Origin: Patescibacteria group bacterium
GTDB taxonomy: Bacteria; Patescibacteriota; Patescibacteriia; Veblenbacterales; UBA10138
DNA length: 64,000 nt
Assembly (NCBI GenBank): GCA_018817715.1
Contig: JAHITT010000006.1
Location: forward strand, 75,147-139,146
Reading direction: 5' to 3'
Program-made: the position numbers and the translations under genes
The notes under the pieces: model-generated
What the model saw: the letters and a program-made list of their open reading frames with translations, nothing else
The model's database searches: none
Told to the model about the DNA's origin: nothing
Part shown: positions 59,430 to 64,000 of the stretch, one piece after another
Layout of the letters: every line of letters begins with the position of its first letter
How positions within the stretch are numbered: the first letter of the stretch is position 1

Positions 59430-61149
59430 AGTAATTTATATTCTCTCAAAATTGCTGCCGGTATCTTTTTTACCATAACGCGATCGTCCAACGAATCTGG
59501 CGGCACGGAAACGGCGACATTGGTAAAAATTGTTAGGTGTTTGAATTTTTCTCTTTCCAATTCGGCAATAATTTTTTCATATAGATCAGCCGTTAGTGTT
59601 TTTACTTCTCTTGAAGCAAAAGAAATGGCGAAATGATAGCGTGCAGATTGGTGCTTGCCGAGATACATACCTTCCTTCTCCACCCACTTCGTCTCTATCG
59701 GTCTGTATTGGAAATGTAAAAATACTGCTTCGGCCATTTCTGCTGCTTTCAGCGACCAATTCATATCTTGTTCATGTATCACGCTCTCGCCTAGTTGGTA
59801 GTATTTGAACCCTCCGCCACCTTTCCAGTTCACATCCTTGCTTATCCCTGTTTGATCTTTCCCAGAGATGATTTTTTGTAGGCGTGGCATGATGAGTTCG
59901 TCAGCGTGACGTCCCATTTCTACCATAATCCAACGACGTTCCATTTTGTGCGCCACGGCTCCCGTGGTCCCAGAACCAGCAAAAGAGTCAAAAACCAAAT
60001 CATTTTTTCAGTCGAGATTGAGATAATACGCTGTATAAGTTTTTCAGGTTTTTTTGATTTGGGAAAGTCAACCCCTCCTTCGCCCGCAATTCCTTCCCAA
60101 GAAATATCGTCCCAAATATCTGTTATCGCCTCTACTGGCAATAGATTTCCATCCACTTCCTGTAATCTTTCTCTATAAAATAGGACTCTCTCGCCCCCAA
60201 TGAATAAATAGTCCATATCATCATTTGGATGTCTAACAATTTTATTCTTGAGTTTGCGCGACTTTTCAAGAGTCTTAATCCTCTTGAGACGAGCTCCACC
60301 AGTAACCGACGCCGTACGAAAGACTCTCTCGGCATTTTTAATTGCAAAAACTCCTCTTTCAGCATTAAATTCATCCTCTCTTAATTCTTTTTTTGCGTCC
60401 CTTGCATTTGAAAATCCAAGCTCTAGCGCCACAACTTCATCAATATTCTTCCATGACCATTTATCTTCTGGTTTTTTTATATCGTCAAAAACCCAACGAT
60501 ATGCTTGATCATATCCCTTTTCAATAAATGTCTTTTTGAATTTCAGTTGAGCAGAGTCTTTTGCGAAAATCAAAAGGTTATTTGCTGATTTGAAAAGCTG
60601 ATTTGAAGTGTGCTTAAAACCAAAAGGACTATTTGCTTTTATAGTCACAGTATTTAGATAATTCTGTCTGCCAAATGTCTCATCAAGCAAAACACGGCAA
60701 TACGCGACTTCTTTATCATCCAAATGTACGAAAAGAATCCCGTCCTTTCTCAAGAGTTTGCGTAGCAGAAACAACCTGTCGCGCATCATTGTTAGCCATT
60801 CAGAATGTTCAAGATTGTCGTCATAGTGTTTGAAGGCGTTCCCTGTATTAAATGGAGGGTCAATATAAATACATTTCACTTTTTCCTTATCCGGTCGGCC
60901 CTTAAACATCTCAACCAAACTTCGCAAAACTAACAAGTTATCGCCCTTGATAAGCATGTTATCGCCTGTCTTGTCGCCAAAGTCTTTGGCAAAGCGTAAA
61001 ATGCGCGGTTCGGCAACGCGAATATCATTTTTCGGCACCCAAACCGGCCGGACACCCTTGCCCTCCTTTTCGTCAATTTCGTAGTAAAGCGAAAGGTCTT
61101 TGTTTATCCAATCCAGCCGTAACGAGCCCTTGTAACTTCTTTTTTGCAT
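59426..61149 (-). pseudogene. mod: Type III N6-adenine DNA methyltransferase Mod, split by -1 frameshift at a T6/A6 tract (60003-60008)
   Basis: upstream part carries DPPFN (motif IV), downstream part FDSFAGSGTTG (motif I); one extra A would fuse the frames into ~574 aa. Confidence 0.75.
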
Positions 61150-61151
61150 AA

Positions 61152-61290
61152 TTACTTTATTAAATCATCTAAGGTAACACTAAGAGCCTTAGCGATTTTC
61201 CGCCAGAGGAGGACAGATTTTAACTATCTCAATAGTCGGATTAGGGGTGGCGCCGGCTTTGATTTTGGCCATAGTTAGCATATTCATATA
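61152..61290 (-). pseudogene. degraded HTH (XRE/C-protein-like) gene fragment upstream of mod
   Basis: translations ...ATPNPTIEIVKI... and ...RKIAKALSVTLDDLIK* in two adjacent frames; matches only the C-terminal helix pattern of XRE HTH domains. Confidence 0.3.
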
Positions 61291-61349
61291 GCTTTACTAT
61301 ACCAAAAATTACCAAACAAGATAACTAAGCTAAAATCAGCCAAAACCAG

Positions 61350-61389
61350 CCTGTGGATAACATAGGCTAATTCGTACGAATTAGCCTAT
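61350..61389 (+). repeat. palindromic repeat element copy C
   Basis: CCTGTGGATAACATAGGCTAATTCGTACGAATTAGCCTAT identical to copy B. Confidence 0.85.
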
Positions 61390-61623
61390 GAGGAAAATTT
61401 AGGCCAAAATTCAAAAAATTATAAAATCCTATCAGATTGCTTCCTCCTTCGCTATCCTCCTTTATTAAAATTTCGGCAGGACTAGAAGCTACGGCGGACA
61501 AGTCGTCGCCGTGCTCCTCGCAATGACAAAGGAAATATCATCGCGCCCTTCGAATCCATTAACTTATCCCAAACAAAAAAACAGACTAATGTCTGTCATC
61601 TTATAAACCATTTATGTACAAAG

Positions 61624-61694
61624 CTGGGAGACATGGATTCGAACCATGATTACCAGGGCCAGAACCTGGCGTCCTACCATTAGACGATCTCCCA
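61624..61694 (-). tRNA. tRNA-Gln (anticodon CUG)
   Basis: hand-folded: acceptor UGGGAGA/UCUCCCA (U1-A72), D stem GUCU/GGAC, anticodon stem CCAGG/CCUGG with loop UUCUGGC, T arm CAUGG-UUCGAAU-CCAUG, discriminator G, CCA not encoded. Confidence 0.8.
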
Positions 61695-61765
61695 GCTTTA
61701 AACACAAATACCAAAAAAGCCAACGACCAATATTGTAATGTTTAACAATATAAAAATCAAGACTC

Positions 61766-63367
61766 TTAGACTAACTCACCGCCAAAAGTGCTTAAAACAT
61801 TACTAAGCAAATCCCCGCTTTTTCCCTTAGTAACTTCTTCCATTTCAGTCTTAACCAAAATAGTTCCGCCGATAACCTGGCTTAAAACATCTTCTACCTG
61901 CTGTCTTATTTTTTTATCTCGCACTCTTTCCTGATGCAATTTATATTGAAAACTAATAGTTAATTCATTACCAACCAATTTAAACGGTTTGGCAATACTA
62001 AGAATAAAAGATAATGAATGATTAAGGTCCCGTAATTTATTTATTACCTCGGCCCAGTCTTGGTTTATTTTTTCCAAGGTTAATTCAGCTGAAAGTGTTT
62101 TGGCCCCTAATTTAGGCTGTTGTGGCTCGGCTGGTTCCACTACTGGCGCCAGAATAGGTTTAACCGCTTCTAGAGGCTGGTTAGTCTTAGCCGCTGGCGG
62201 ATTAATCTTGCTAGATGGCTTGGTAATACTTTCTTCGTTCTGGCAAATATTTATAACTGCCAATTCCAAAGGAATTTGAAAAGACTGCGATTGTTTTCTT
62301 AAATTATCCACTTCCAGCCAAATAACCATCATCCTTTGCAAAGCATTTTGGCTTATCTTTAAAGCCCACTGAGCCAGTTCTTTTTCTTGCTCCTCTTTTA
62401 GTTGCAAGGAAGAATAATCTGTTAAATTGCCACCTAATTTATAAAGAAGTAATTTACGCAATAATTCCAAAACCTGGCTATAAAAATAACCTAAATCTCC
62501 GCCAGCTAATAAAAAATCATTTAATTCAGCAATAGCCTGAGCTGACGAATTATTGACTAAATGACCAATAAAGCCCAAAGCAATAGCCGCGTCGGCCCTG
62601 GGTAAAACCAAACCGGCTTGAGCATAAGTAATAGTGGCTTCGTTTAAGCTTAACAGTTTACCTAAATAACTTTCGGCATCCCGCGTAGAACCATTGGCTA
62701 AATGAGCCACTTCGCGCAAAACATCCTCGGCTATATCCACCTTTTCGGCAGCGGCTAATTTTTTTAAACGAATCATCAGGTTAGCCACGGCTAAACGATG
62801 AAAATCAAACCTTTGGCAACGGGATAAAATTGTTTCGGGTAATTTATGCGGCTCGGTGGTGGCCAAAATAAAAATAACGTGGGCTGGCGGTTCTTCCAAA
62901 GTTTTTAACAAAGCATTAAAAGCTTCGTTAGTTAACATATGCACCTCGTCAATTATAACCACTTTATATTTAGACCGGGCCGGACCATAAGGCACCTTAT
63001 CTCTAACTTCCCGAATGTCGTCTATACGCCTGTTAGAAGCCGCGTCAATCTCGATTAAATCCAAAGAACGCCCCTTATTTATTTCCAAACAAGACTGACA
63101 CTTATTGCAGGGCTCGGCCAGATTATTTTTTCTGGTTTCACAATTAATCGATTTAGCTAAAAGTCTGGCCATAGTGGTTTTGCCAACTCCCCTGGTACCA
63201 CAAAATAAATAAGCATGGGTTAGCTTATTATTAATAATTTCCTGTTCAATAATAGTTTTTACATGATCCTGCCCAATAACTTCGGCAAAGGTGCTGGGAC
63301 GATATTTACGGTAAATTGTTTCAGTCATAGCAAAACTTATTGTAACGCGTAACTGCCGCTTAAGCAA
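61766..63367 (-). CDS. dnaX: DNA polymerase III subunit gamma/tau
   Basis: AAA+ clamp-loader motifs GTRGVGKTT, zinc module CETRKNNLAEPCNKCQSC, SRC. Confidence 0.9.
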   Translation of the reverse strand: MLKRQLRVTISFAMTETIYRKYRPSTFAEVIGQDHVKTIIEQEIINNKLTHAYLFCGTRGVGKTTMARLLAKSINCETRKNNLAEPCNKCQSCLEINKGRSLDLIEIDAASNRRIDDIREVRDKVPYGPARSKYKVVIIDEVHMLTNEAFNALLKTLEEPPAHVIFILATTEPHKLPETILSRCQRFDFHRLAVANLMIRLKKLAAAEKVDIAEDVLREVAHLANGSTRDAESYLGKLLSLNEATITYAQAGLVLPRADAAIALGFIGHLVNNSSAQAIAELNDFLLAGGDLGYFYSQVLELLRKLLLYKLGGNLTDYSSLQLKEEQEKELAQWALKISQNALQRMMVIWLEVDNLRKQSQSFQIPLELAVINICQNEESITKPSSKINPPAAKTNQPLEAVKPILAPVVEPAEPQQPKLGAKTLSAELTLEKINQDWAEVINKLRDLNHSLSFILSIAKPFKLVGNELTISFQYKLHQERVRDKKIRQQVEDVLSQVIGGTILVKTEMEEVTKGKSGDLLSNVLSTFGGELV

Positions 63368-63452
63368 ACAATTAAAAAATTACCAAATAAAACACCCGCC
63401 TTTGTTTAAGTTTAACCAAGACGGGCGCTTAATTTACTAAAATAAGATAGGA

Positions 63453-64000
63453 TTAAATCTCTATTTTTTCCGCTTTCAGCTCGCCAACTTTAACCTTTAA
63501 ACCGTTTTTAACCGCTGTTTTAGTGGTTTTTTTAAGCGGGGCTTTAGAAGTTGTTTCTAAGGTGTCTGTTGAACTATTTTCCAAAATTGGCGCTTCTTGG
63601 CCAGCTTTAATAACATTTTCCACAGCCGCCCAAGTGGAAGTAGTATTCTTGGGCACCAGAATAACAATCTCATCGCCCAATTCACCTTTAAAATAAGTAA
63701 CACTGGCCAACAATAATTTATAATAACGACCCTGGCACAAAACTCTAAAATCTTCACTCTCTTCGTCTTTTACCAAAACACCCATTAATCTATCCCGATC
63801 CACCGGACCAATTTGTTTATAAATAAAAGAACCATTAGCGCTAATGGTTAACTTAAGCAAATCACCTTCAACTAATTTAGATTTAGAAGCATAGTTGGCT
63901 GGCACACTGTACATTTTTCCATCCGGACCGACCATATTTTGCCCGTCAAACACGCCTTCAATTATAACCGCACCCTGCTCGGTTCTTTGAATTCCGCCAC
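63453..64000 (-). CDS. hypothetical protein, probably 5'-incomplete
   Basis: frame stays open from GTG 63953 to the window edge; C-terminal Lys/Thr-rich tail. Confidence 0.3.
   Translation of the reverse strand, partial: GGIQRTEQGAVIIEGVFDGQNMVGPDGKMYSVPANYASKSKLVEGDLLKLTISANGSFIYKQIGPVDRDRLMGVLVKDEESEDFRVLCQGRYYKLLLASVTYFKGELGDEIVILVPKNTTSTWAAVENVIKAGQEAPILENSSTDTLETTSKAPLKKTTKTAVKNGLKVKVGELKAEKIEI

Noticed and set aside
1-64000. CRISPR array, reverse transcriptase or DGR, transposase or IS elements.
   Set aside because: No regularly spaced direct repeats, no RT (YxDD) or DDE-transposase motifs were found in any frame. The only recombinase is the Xer-type tyrosine recombinase.

Overview
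The window is AT-rich, densely coded bacterial DNA whose gene content and layout look like a small-genome Patescibacteria/CPR-type organism; that assignment is inference. Most of it is ordinary housekeeping. There is a priA-def-fmt block; gltX; a ddl-alr-serS-rdgB run; lysS and greA; an mreB-mreC-mreD-mrdA operon; proS; and dnaX. Two tRNAs are present: Asn-GUU at 8314-8388 (+) and Gln-CUG at 61624-61694 (-). Around these sit many small membrane and hypothetical proteins and several nucleotide-processing hydrolases, including four NUDIX paralogs, a DnaQ-like exonuclease, HAD phosphatases and RdgB. Other genes include a single Xer-type tyrosine recombinase, a DsbA-like protein, a thioredoxin-CcdA fusion, MscS, a metallo-beta-lactamase-fold ribonuclease (beta-CASP, RNase J/CPSF-like) and a GT2 processive glycosyltransferase. 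The most notable accessory feature is a roughly 5.6 kb segment at 55747-61389 carrying a Type III restriction-modification system (res plus mod). It is visibly more GC-rich than its surroundings. It is bounded by two identical 40-bp direct repeats, each a 26-bp perfect palindrome with a DnaA-box-like TTATCCACAG arm, and it lies about 230 bp from tRNA-Gln. The mod gene is interrupted by a -1 frameshift exactly at a T6/A6 homopolymer, which fits either phase variation or decay; a degraded HTH (controller-like) fragment sits upstream. A third, inverted and diverged copy of the palindromic repeat lies at 9021-9059, beside a tRNA-Asn and a GIY-YIG nuclease gene. A second compositionally distinct block at 49402-53990 carries an SDR, a HAD, an aldehyde dehydrogenase and an acetolactate-synthase-like TPP enzyme. 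No CRISPR array, reverse transcriptase or transposase was seen. All functional calls come from motifs read directly in the translations, and no database search was possible.
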